From Vicinamibacterales bacterium (GTDB taxonomy: Bacteria > Acidobacteriota > Vicinamibacteria > Vicinamibacterales > UBA2999): 64,000 nt of DNA. The position numbers and the translations under genes are program-made. Every line of letters begins with the position of its first letter. Position 1 is the first letter of the stretch. Where the stretch lies: contig JBFWNR010000005.1 of assembly GCA_050250955.1 (NCBI GenBank), positions 191,911 to 255,910 on the forward strand, written 5' to 3'. A model generated the notes under the pieces. That model made no database searches and was not told the origin of the DNA. It saw nothing but the letters and a program-made list of their open reading frames with translations. Positions 9,626-18,825 of this stretch are shown here, in pieces.

Positions 9626-10588
9626 ATGTCCCGAGCCGAGCCGTCCCGTCCACTGCCGTTGACCCGGCGCGCCCTGCTCGCCGGGTCGGTGTCGGCGCTC
9701 ACGGTCGGGCTGGCTCGCCGCCCGGCAGCACAGGCGCCGGCGGCGACCCCGGCCCCGACATTCACCGAGATCCGCCGCGGCGTGGGCATCTTCACCCTGC
9801 GCGGCGGCACGATCGGCTACCTCGTCAACGACGCCGGCGCGCTCGCCGTGGACAGCCAGTATCCCGACACGGCGCCGCAGGCGCTGGCCGGCCTGTCGCG
9901 GCGCTCGCCCAAGGGCGTGGAGCTGCTGCTCAACACCCATCACCACGCCGACCACACCGGCGGGAACCAGGTGTTCCGGGCCACGGCGCGGCGTATCGTC
10001 GCCCACGTCAACTGCCTGGAGTGGCACCGCAGGACGGCGGCGACGGCCGGCACCGAGGGGCAGCAGTCGTTCGCCGACACGACCTTCACGGACCAGTGGC
10101 GGTCCACGTTCGGCGACGAGACGGTGCGGGCCCGCCACTACGGCGCCGGCCACACCGGCGGCGACGCGGTGATCCACTTCGAGCGGGCCAACGTCGTCCA
10201 CATGGGCGACCTGCTCTTCAACCGCGCCCACCCCAACATCGACCCGCCGGCCGGAGCGCGGGTCGGCCACTGGATCTCGGTACTCGACACCGTCAGCGCC
10301 GCCCATGCCGCCGACACCGTCTTCATCGCCGGCCACGGTCGCGACAACCAGGTCCAGTGCACCACGGCCGACCTGGCGCACTTTCGCAACTACCTGACGG
10401 CGTCGCTCGACGCCGCGCGCAAGGCGATCGCGGCCGGGCAGTCCCGGGACGAGCTGGTGAAGACCGCGTCGCTGCCCGGGTTCGAGGACACCATCGCGCT
10501 GAACGCCCGTCTGACGCAGGGCTTCGTGCTCGGCGTCTGCTTCGACGAACTCGGGGGGAAGCACCAGCGGCTGGCGGCCAGCGGCTAG
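9626..10588 (+). CDS. MBL-fold metallo-hydrolase with a TAT signal
   Basis: Carries the metal-binding motif HHHADHTGG. The twin-arginine N-terminus is LTRRALLAGSVSAL. Confidence 0.85.
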   Translation: MSRAEPSRPLPLTRRALLAGSVSALTVGLARRPAAQAPAATPAPTFTEIRRGVGIFTLRGGTIGYLVNDAGALAVDSQYPDTAPQALAGLSRRSPKGVELLLNTHHHADHTGGNQVFRATARRIVAHVNCLEWHRRTAATAGTEGQQSFADTTFTDQWRSTFGDETVRARHYGAGHTGGDAVIHFERANVVHMGDLLFNRAHPNIDPPAGARVGHWISVLDTVSAAHAADTVFIAGHGRDNQVQCTTADLAHFRNYLTASLDAARKAIAAGQSRDELVKTASLPGFEDTIALNARLTQGFVLGVCFDELGGKHQRLAASG

Positions 10589-10600
10589 CGGCTGGAAGAT

Positions 10601-10624
10601 CACGCTGTCACGTTGTCACGCTGT
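10601..10624 (+). repeat. three tandem 8-bp units CACGCTGT-CACGTTGT-CACGCTGT directly upstream of the BNR gene
   Basis: Read directly from the sequence. The repeat ends 10 nt before ATG 10635. Confidence 0.9.
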
Positions 10625-10634
10625 GGGATACACC

Positions 10635-13600
10635 ATGCCGAGGACCGTTCATCCGATCACGCTGCTCGCCGTCGTCGCGCTGACCGCGGCCCTGTCCGCG
10701 CAGGCCCCGCCGGCCATCACGCCGGTCTTCACCGCCGACTCGAAGGGCAGCGGCCCGCTCGACCGGCTGTCGTTCCGGCAGATCGGCCCGGCGGCGCCGT
10801 CGGGCCGCATCGACGACCTGGCCGTTCTCGAAAGCGACCCGGCCACGTTCTACGTGGCCACGGCCACCGGCGGCGTCCACAAGACGGTGAACAACGGCAC
10901 CACCTTCACGCCGGTGTTCGACCACGAGGGCAGCTCCTCGGTGGGCGACATCGCCATCGCGCCCACCGACGCCAACCTGGTCTGGGTCGGCACCGGCGAG
11001 AACAACAACCGGCAGTCGTCGTCATGGGGCGACGGCATCTACAAGTCGGTGGACGGCGGCCTGACCTGGAAGAACATGGGCCTCAGGGCCTCGAAGCAGA
11101 TCGCCCGCGTGATCGTCGACCCGGTGGACTTCAACGTCGTCCACGTGGCGGCGCTCGGCGACCTGTGGGCGGCCGGCGGCGAGCGCGGCGTCTACAAGAC
11201 CACTGACGGCGGCCTGACCTGGAAGCGCACCCTGCACGTGGACGACGACACCGGCGCCACCGAGCTGGTGATGGACCCGACCAACAACACCGTCCTCTAT
11301 GCCGCCACCTACCAGCGGCGGCGGGCGCAGTGGGGGATGAACGGCGGCGGCGCCGGCAGCGGCATCTGGAAGTCGATCGACGCCGGCGAGACGTGGACGC
11401 GGATCGAGAACGGCATCCCCTCGGGGGCCAAGGGCCGCATCGGCATGGACGTCTACCGCGCCAACCCGAACGTGCTCTACGCCCGGGTCGAGCACCCGAC
11501 CGAGAGCGGCGTCTATCGCACCGACGACGCCGGCGCCACCTGGCGCAAGCTGAGCAGCGTCAACCCTCGGCCGATGTACTTCAGCCAGATCCGCGTCGAT
11601 CCGCAGACCGACTCGCGCATCTACGTGCTCGGCGTCCAGCTCCACGTCTCCGACGACGGCGGCCGCACCTTCCGCAACGACGGCGCCGCCCGCATCCACG
11701 TCGACTTCCACGCGATGTGGATCAACCCCGCCAACCCGAAGCACCTGATCCTCGGTGGCGACGGCGGCGTGAGCCTGTCCTACGACCGCTCGGCCACCTG
11801 GGTCTACCTGCCGAACCTGGTGCTGGCCCAGGCCTATCACGTCGCCTTCGACATGCAGTCGCCGTATCACGTCTGCGCCGGGCTGCAGGACAACAACACC
11901 TGGTGCGGTCCGAGCGCGGTGCGTACCAACTCGGGCATCGGCCACGACGACTGGTACGTCGTCCAGGGCGGCGACGGCTTCCAGCCGCTCATGGACCCGA
12001 CCGACCCGCGGATCATCTACGCCGAGTCCCAGGACGGGCGGATGAGCCGCATCGACCGCACCACCAACGAACGCACCGTGGTGCGCCCCGAGCCGCTCGA
12101 AGCCCGCGAGGGCGAGCCCAGCCAGTTCCGCTACAACTGGGACACGGCGATGCAGCTCTCGCCGCACGACCCGTCGACGATCTACGTCGGCGCCCACATG
12201 CTGATGAAGTCGTCGGACCGCGGCCGCTCCTACGCGCCGATCAGCCCCGACCTGTCCACCAACACCAACCGCGAGACCCTGTCGATCATGGACGTGAGCG
12301 ACAAGGAGGTGAAGGTGGCCAGGAACGACGGCATCACCACCTGGGGGACGATCGTCACGCTCGAGGAGTCGGCGCGGCGGGCCGGCCTGATCTGGACCGG
12401 CACCGACGACGGCGTGGTGAGCGTGACCCGCGATGCCGGCAAGACGTGGGCGAACGTCACCGCCAACTTTGCCGGCGTGCCCAAGTGGACCTACGTGTCC
12501 GACGTCGTGCCGTCGCAGCATGCCGACGGCACCGCCTACGTCACCTTCGACGGCCACCGCGGCGGCGACTACGGCACCTACGTGTTTGCGACCACCGATT
12601 TCGGGGCCACCACCCGTTCGATCGCCGCCAACCTGCCGCGCGGCGAGGTGGCGCGCACCATCCTCGAGGACCCGAAGAACGCCGACCTCCTGTATCTGGG
12701 CACCGAGACCGGGCTGTGGATCTCGCACAACCGCGGCGGCGCCTGGACGCGCCTCAAGGCCAACCTGCCGACGACGCCGATCTACGAGATGAAGGTCCAC
12801 CCGCGCGACAACGACCTCATCCTGGCCACCCACGCCCGCGGCATCTGGATCCTCGACGACCTGGGCATCGTGCAGCAGTGGGCCAGGGCCGAGGCCGGCG
12901 GCACCTTCGCCTTCGAGCCCGAACCGGCGACGGCGTTCAACGCCGCCAACGACCGCATGCGCGGGTTCGAGGGCGACCGGCTGTTCCTGGGGCTGAATCC
13001 GGCGCCCGGCGCGACGCTGGCCTGGCGGCAGGCTGCCGATGCCAAGGACGTGCGCTGGGTGATCCGCGACGGGAGCCAGCAGGTGCGCGAGATCGCCGGC
13101 GACGAGATGCGCGACCGCACCACCGCCGGCCTGCAGATCGTGAAGTGGGACCTGCGCGTGCAGCCGCTGCGGCCGCTGCCGCCACCACCGGGCGGCGCGC
13201 CGGGCGGCGGCGGGGGCGGGGGCGGGTTCGGTGGCGGCGGCAACAACGGGCCGTTCGTGCTGCCGGGCAGCTACCGGGCCACGCTGCGCGTGGACGGCAA
13301 GGACGTCCAGACGGTGACCGTCGCCGTGCGCGGCGACCCTCAGATCACCATCACCGACGCCGACCGCCGGCAGTGGTTCGACGCCGCCAAGGGCCTCCAC
13401 GACCTGCACGCCGATGCGACGCGGGCCGCCGAGGTGGTGCAGAACGCCAGCGCCCAGCTGACGCTGCTCGGCGACCAGACCCGCGACGCCACCGTGCCGG
13501 AGGGCGCGAAGAAGACGATGGACACGCTGTCGTCCGATCTCGAGCGGCTGCGCCGGCGGCTCGGCCTGGGGGCCGGCGGCGGCTTCGGCAACACCGAGAA

Positions 13601-13802
13601 CCTGCGCGGCCGGGTCGGCCAGTTGAAGAACGCGGTGATGGGTGCAACCGCGGCGCCGACCGCGACGCAGACCGCCCAGATCCGCGAGGTGCGGGCGGCG
13701 TTGCCGAAGCTGGTCGAGGAGGCCAATGCGGCCGGGCGGCGGGTGCCCGACCTGGTGCGCGAGCTGCTGGCGGCCGGCGTGATCTTCACGCCGGTCAGGT
13801 AG
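10635..13802 (+). CDS. BNR/Asp-box repeat, sortilin(VPS10)-like beta-propeller protein, secreted
   Basis: At least eight Asp-box motifs are present (SVDGGLTWK, TTDGGLTWK, SIDAGETWT, TDDAGATWR, TRDAGKTWA and others). It has a signal peptide. A poly-Pro/Gly linker (PPPPGGAPGGGGGGGGFGGGGNNG) lies at about 13180-13250. Confidence 0.85.
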   Translation: MPRTVHPITLLAVVALTAALSAQAPPAITPVFTADSKGSGPLDRLSFRQIGPAAPSGRIDDLAVLESDPATFYVATATGGVHKTVNNGTTFTPVFDHEGSSSVGDIAIAPTDANLVWVGTGENNNRQSSSWGDGIYKSVDGGLTWKNMGLRASKQIARVIVDPVDFNVVHVAALGDLWAAGGERGVYKTTDGGLTWKRTLHVDDDTGATELVMDPTNNTVLYAATYQRRRAQWGMNGGGAGSGIWKSIDAGETWTRIENGIPSGAKGRIGMDVYRANPNVLYARVEHPTESGVYRTDDAGATWRKLSSVNPRPMYFSQIRVDPQTDSRIYVLGVQLHVSDDGGRTFRNDGAARIHVDFHAMWINPANPKHLILGGDGGVSLSYDRSATWVYLPNLVLAQAYHVAFDMQSPYHVCAGLQDNNTWCGPSAVRTNSGIGHDDWYVVQGGDGFQPLMDPTDPRIIYAESQDGRMSRIDRTTNERTVVRPEPLEAREGEPSQFRYNWDTAMQLSPHDPSTIYVGAHMLMKSSDRGRSYAPISPDLSTNTNRETLSIMDVSDKEVKVARNDGITTWGTIVTLEESARRAGLIWTGTDDGVVSVTRDAGKTWANVTANFAGVPKWTYVSDVVPSQHADGTAYVTFDGHRGGDYGTYVFATTDFGATTRSIAANLPRGEVARTILEDPKNADLLYLGTETGLWISHNRGGAWTRLKANLPTTPIYEMKVHPRDNDLILATHARGIWILDDLGIVQQWARAEAGGTFAFEPEPATAFNAANDRMRGFEGDRLFLGLNPAPGATLAWRQAADAKDVRWVIRDGSQQVREIAGDEMRDRTTAGLQIVKWDLRVQPLRPLPPPPGGAPGGGGGGGGFGGGGNNGPFVLPGSYRATLRVDGKDVQTVTVAVRGDPQITITDADRRQWFDAAKGLHDLHADATRAAEVVQNASAQLTLLGDQTRDATVPEGAKKTMDTLSSDLERLRRRLGLGAGGGFGNTENLRGRVGQLKNAVMGATAAPTATQTAQIREVRAALPKLVEEANAAGRRVPDLVRELLAAGVIFTPVR

Positions 13803-15127
13803 TGGCGACGCGCCCGATCGACCCGGTCCTGGTCGATCTGGCGACGCTGCTGCGCTGCCTGGCCTGCGGCGCCACCGACTTCGTGGTGGCCGCCGAGCAG
13901 CTGTCGTGCCGCCGGTGCGGCGGCGTCGTGCCGGTGACGGACGGGATTCCGCAGGTCAGGGCTGCCGACGAGGACCCGGCGGTGACCCGCGAACGCGCCG
14001 CCGTGCGCGAGATGGAGGACGCCGGCACCGGCGACGACGGCGCGTTCACGCTGGCGGCACTCCTGGCCGACGACGGGCCGCTGCGCGACGCGTTCCTGGC
14101 GTTGCCCTACGACGACGGCTCGCCGCATTTCCGGACCCACGAGTACTTCCGGAACGTGGCCAGCTTCGCCGGGGTGTTCGACTACGTGCTGGGCGTCCTC
14201 GGGCCGGGCGACGGCGGGCGGGTGCTCGACGTCGGCGCCGACCTGACGTGGTCCACCGCCCGTCTGGCCGCCGCCGGCTGGCGGCCGGTGGGCATCGACA
14301 TCAACGATCACCTGGCGGCGTCGCGGCTGATGCGCCGGCACGCGCCACCCTACGGCGTGGTCAACGTCGACATGCACCTGCCGGCCTTCCGCCCCGGCGC
14401 CTTCGACGTCGTCACCGCCTTCAACGCCCTGCACCACACCCACCGCATCGAGGCGCTGGTCGGCACCCTCGCGGCGATGCTGCGCCCGGGGGGGCGATGG
14501 TGCGTCGTCGAGCCGTACTGGTTCCTGCCGGAGGTGCGGCAGGCGTTCGGGGTCGCGCAGATCGACGCCGGCATCAACGAGAACGTCTATCGGCTGGAGG
14601 AGTGGCATCGCTGGTTCGTGCAGGCCGGCCTCGAACTGGAGACGCATCTCGTCGGCCACGCCTTCAACGCCGTCTATCGCAAGCGCGACGACGGCACCGC
14701 CCGCACGCTCTCGACGGCGGACGCGGAAGCCGAGCTGTTCGACGGCTTCTATCGCGCCGCCCTCACCGGTCCGCCGGCGCTGCCCGGGCCGGTGCCGCCG
14801 GGCAGCCGCGTGGAGGTGCCGATCCGCGTCGCCAACCGCTCGTCCCGCGGCTGGAGCAGCGACGGCCAGATGCCGGTGCGGCTCTGCTACCACCTGTTCC
14901 AGCGTGCGGCCGGCGCGCGCACGCTGGTGGCCTACGAGCACCCGCGCACGCCGCTCGGCCGGTTCGTCCTGCCGGGCGCGACCCACGACATCCGCCTGCC
15001 GCTGGTGATGCCCGAGGCCTCCGGCACCTACGAGTTCGAGATCGACCTCATCCACGAAGACCGCAGCTGGTTCGCCGGCCAGGGCGCGACGCCCTGGGTG
15101 GTGACGGTCGAAGTCGGCGCGGTCTGA
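13802..15127 (+). CDS. class I SAM-dependent methyltransferase with an N-terminal Trm112-like zinc ribbon and a C-terminal Ig-like domain
   Basis: A GTG at 13802 overlaps the upstream TAG. The zinc ribbon is CLACG...CRRCG. The SAM motif is VLDVGADLTWS, followed by DVVTAFNALHH. Confidence 0.75.
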   Translation: MATRPIDPVLVDLATLLRCLACGATDFVVAAEQLSCRRCGGVVPVTDGIPQVRAADEDPAVTRERAAVREMEDAGTGDDGAFTLAALLADDGPLRDAFLALPYDDGSPHFRTHEYFRNVASFAGVFDYVLGVLGPGDGGRVLDVGADLTWSTARLAAAGWRPVGIDINDHLAASRLMRRHAPPYGVVNVDMHLPAFRPGAFDVVTAFNALHHTHRIEALVGTLAAMLRPGGRWCVVEPYWFLPEVRQAFGVAQIDAGINENVYRLEEWHRWFVQAGLELETHLVGHAFNAVYRKRDDGTARTLSTADAEAELFDGFYRAALTGPPALPGPVPPGSRVEVPIRVANRSSRGWSSDGQMPVRLCYHLFQRAAGARTLVAYEHPRTPLGRFVLPGATHDIRLPLVMPEASGTYEFEIDLIHEDRSWFAGQGATPWVVTVEVGAV

Positions 15128-15128
15128 G

Positions 15129-15866
15129 TCAGTCGTCGCCGCGCTCCAGCACCGGCAGGTCCTGACGCGGCAGCAACGTCAGCAGCCGACGCAGCGTGGC
15201 CAGCTGGCGCTCCGCGTCGTGCGGCGGCCCCACCGGCGCGCCGAGCGGCGCGTCGACGACCAGCGCGCGCGGTGGCGCGAGCCTGGCGGTGATCGCCGGC
15301 AGCATCGACAGCGAGGCGGTGACGATGCCGCGGCGCTCGAGTTGGCTCTGGACCAGACTCACGGTCTGGTGGCACATCGGTCACACCGGCACCAGGAGGG
15401 CGACGTCCACCTGGTCGGCGGCGAGCTGCGCCGCCGCGGCGGGCGCCGACTCGCGGGTCAGCCGCGCCGGCGCCGTAATCGAACCCATGAAGGACAGGTG
15501 CCGCGGCGCCACGGCGCCGATCGCCCCGGCCGCGGCGAGTTCGGCGAGGCGGGCGATCGGGAAGGCGACGTTGACGTCCGCGGTCAGCGGTCCGCGGTCG
15601 AACGCGTCGCTGCGCTGGTGGCAGGTGAGCGCGCGCGGATCGACGTCGGCCGGAATCGTCCGCCACGACCAGTCGCCGCCGCGGACGTCGCGATCGAACG
15701 GCGCATCGCCCGGGGCGACCAGCCCGGCGGTGGTGACCAGCGCCACCCGGCAGCGGTGCAGCGGCGCCCGCAGCGCCGCGGCGGCGACCGGCGCGCTTCG
15801 CCGCCAGCGGTAGGCGGCGAGGAACAGGCGATGCGACAGCGGCAGGTCGGCGAGCGGGGTGCGCAT
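15129..15866 (-). CDS. glycine/sarcosine/betaine reductase selenoprotein B (GrdB/PrdB)-like protein with an in-frame TGA (candidate selenocysteine, U-x-x-C)
   Basis: ORFs 15381-15986 and 15129-15377 are in the same frame. They are separated only by a TGA (15381-15383) and one Pro codon. The joined sequence reads ...VDVALLVPV-U-PMCHQTVSLVQSQLERRGIVT...LGAPVGPP, which resembles the GRDB family. A hairpin follows 10 nt after the TGA. The start was chosen at ATG 15866 (MRTPLADL), because 15986 would leave 1 bp before the divergent gene. Confidence 0.6.
15352..15370 (-). promoter_or_regulatory. candidate bacterial SECIS-like hairpin downstream of the in-frame UGA
   Basis: The mRNA sequence is ACCAGAC-CGUGA-GUCUGGU, a 7-bp perfect stem with a 5-nt loop containing GU. 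The stem starts 10 nt after the UGA. Confidence 0.45.
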
Positions 15867-15987
15867 GGCGGCGCGCCGGTGCGGGCGGCGCGGTGCGCCC
15901 GCGACCGGCCGCGGCACTTCTCCCTCGCCAATTGTAGCGGCGGCGGCGTAAGCTGACTCGGCTCGAACCGGGAGGGACGACGACACG

Positions 15988-17340
15988 ATGGTGGATCAGA
16001 TCGCCGCCGCGAACAGCTGGCTGAACGGGTACGTCTGGGGCTGGCCGATGATCGTGCTGCTGCTCGGCACCGGCGTGCTGCTGACCGTGCTGACCGGCGC
16101 GGTGCAGTTCCGCTACCTGGGCTTCGCGCTCGGCGAGGTGCTGGGCAAGCTGCGGCAGAAGAAGTCCACCGAACCGGGGAGCGTGTCGCCGTTCCAGGCC
16201 GTCGCCACCGCGCTGGCGTCGACGGTCGGGGTCGGCAACATCGCCGGCGTCGCTACGGCGATCTCCATCGGCGGTCCCGGCGCGCTCTTCTGGCTGTGGG
16301 TGTCGGGCCTGCTCGGCATGTGCACCAAGTTCGCCGAGATCGTCATCGCCCTGCACTACCGCGAGGCCGACGCCACGGGCACGATGCGCGGCGGGGCGAT
16401 GTACACGCTCAAGAACGGCCTCGGGCTGCCGTGGCTGGGGGCGATCTTCGCCGGCCTGGTGTCGCTGGCCGCCTTCGGCATCGGCAACATGGTGCAGGCC
16501 AATTCGGTGGCCGACAGCCTGCGCGCCTCGTTCGGCGTCGCCCCGTCGATCACCGGCGTGGTGATGGTGATCCTCACCGCCATCGTCATCCTCGGCGGCA
16601 TCAAGCGCATCGGCGAGGTCACCGAGATCCTGGTGCCGTTCATGGCGCTGCTCTACCTGGGCGGCGGCACGCTCATCCTGCTGCGCTTCGCGGCGGAGGT
16701 GCCCGGGGCGATCGCGCTGGTCTTCCAGAGCGCCTTCTCGGGCGCCGCCGCCACCGGCGGGTTCGCCGGCGCCACGGTGATGATGGCGCTGCGCTACGGC
16801 GTGGCTCGCGGGCTGTTCTCGAACGAGGCCGGCCTGGGCAGCGCGCCGATGGTGCACGCCGCCGCCCGCACCGACCATCCCGTGCGCCAGGGCCTCTACG
16901 GCATCTTCGAGGTGTTCGTCGACACCATCCTGGTGTGCACGATCACCGGCCTGGCGATTCTGGCCACCGGCGTCTGGTCGGGCGGTGCCACCGGCGCGGC
17001 GCTGGCCGGCGAGGCGTTCTCGGTGGGGCTGCCGGGCACCGCCGGCAACATCGTGGTCACCACCAGCCTGCTGCTGTTCGCGTTTTCGACGCTGATCGGC
17101 TGGAGTTACTACGGCGAGACCGGCGTGGTCTACCTGTTCGGCACCCGCGCCGCGGCGCCCTACCGCGTGCTGTGGCTGGTGTTCATCTACCTCGGTGCGA
17201 TCGGCTCGCTGCACCTGGTGTGGGACATCGCCGACACGCTCAACGGCCTGATGGCGCTGCCCAACCTGGTGTCGGTGCTGGCGTCGATCCCGCTGCTGCT
17301 CCGGCTGAAACGGGAGTTCTTCGCGTCGCAGGCCGCCTGA
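15988..17340 (+). CDS. alanine/glycine:cation symporter (AGCS family)
   Basis: 450 aa. The signature SPFQAVATALASTVGVGNIAGVATAISIGGPGALFWLW and multiple TM segments are present. A GGGAGGGA RBS lies upstream. Confidence 0.9.
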   Translation: MVDQIAAANSWLNGYVWGWPMIVLLLGTGVLLTVLTGAVQFRYLGFALGEVLGKLRQKKSTEPGSVSPFQAVATALASTVGVGNIAGVATAISIGGPGALFWLWVSGLLGMCTKFAEIVIALHYREADATGTMRGGAMYTLKNGLGLPWLGAIFAGLVSLAAFGIGNMVQANSVADSLRASFGVAPSITGVVMVILTAIVILGGIKRIGEVTEILVPFMALLYLGGGTLILLRFAAEVPGAIALVFQSAFSGAAATGGFAGATVMMALRYGVARGLFSNEAGLGSAPMVHAAARTDHPVRQGLYGIFEVFVDTILVCTITGLAILATGVWSGGATGAALAGEAFSVGLPGTAGNIVVTTSLLLFAFSTLIGWSYYGETGVVYLFGTRAAAPYRVLWLVFIYLGAIGSLHLVWDIADTLNGLMALPNLVSVLASIPLLLRLKREFFASQAA

Positions 17341-17374
17341 GCGGCCCGGGGCCGGCCGGCGGCGCCGACCGCGC

Positions 17375-18748
<1,374 letters not shown>

Positions 18749-18749
18749 C

Positions 18750-18784
18750 TATGATACTTGCGCAGGCGCCCCAGCGCCGGGAGG
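18750..18784 (+). promoter_or_regulatory. conserved leader of paralog 1: TATGAT box, GCGCAGGCGCC...CCAGCGCC element and GGGAGG RBS
   Basis: The same element recurs upstream of paralogs 2 and 3. The opposite strand of 18751-18756 reads TATCAT, a possible -10 for divergent argG. Confidence 0.55.
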
Positions 18785-18795
18785 CACGTCATGGC

Positions 18796-18825
18796 CAGTT
18801 CAGTTCAGTTCAGTTCAGTTCAGTG
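18796..18825 (+). repeat. pentanucleotide microsatellite: (CAGTT)x5 plus one imperfect unit CAGTG
   Basis: Direct reading of atggc-cagtt-cagtt-cagtt-cagtt-cagtt-cagtg. It lies between the ATG at 18791 and the signal-peptide coding region. Confidence 0.95.

Noticed and set aside
8099-10603. 834-aa minus-strand ORF antisense to the M20 and MBL genes. The same issue applies to 11022-13409, 15028-17214, 43304-45535, 46166-48517, 48663-50480, 50603-53494, 52936-55578 and 59777-61045.
   Set aside because: The translations are dominated by Arg, Gly, Pro and Ala, with no recognisable motifs. Each lies antisense to a gene with clear family signatures. They arise from the scarcity of stop codons in GC-rich DNA.
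13180-13250. Poly-Pro/poly-Gly tract (PPPPGGAPGGGGGGGGFGGGGNNG) in the BNR protein, considered as a possible slippage-prone repeat.
   Set aside because: The DNA is not a perfect homopolymer or simple repeat, because the codons vary (ggc, ggg, ggt). It is most simply an interdomain linker.
15867-15987. Possible glycine riboswitch between the GrdB-like gene and the alanine/glycine symporter.
   Set aside because: I could not find the conserved GGAGAG...ACCGAAGGGGCAA-type aptamer cores. The spacer contains only a TAAGCT box and a GGGAGGGA RBS.
17341-17374. GC-rich spacer between the convergent symporter and argG genes, examined for a terminator.
   Set aside because: It contains only imperfect short complementarity. 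There is no convincing stem-loop or U-tract.
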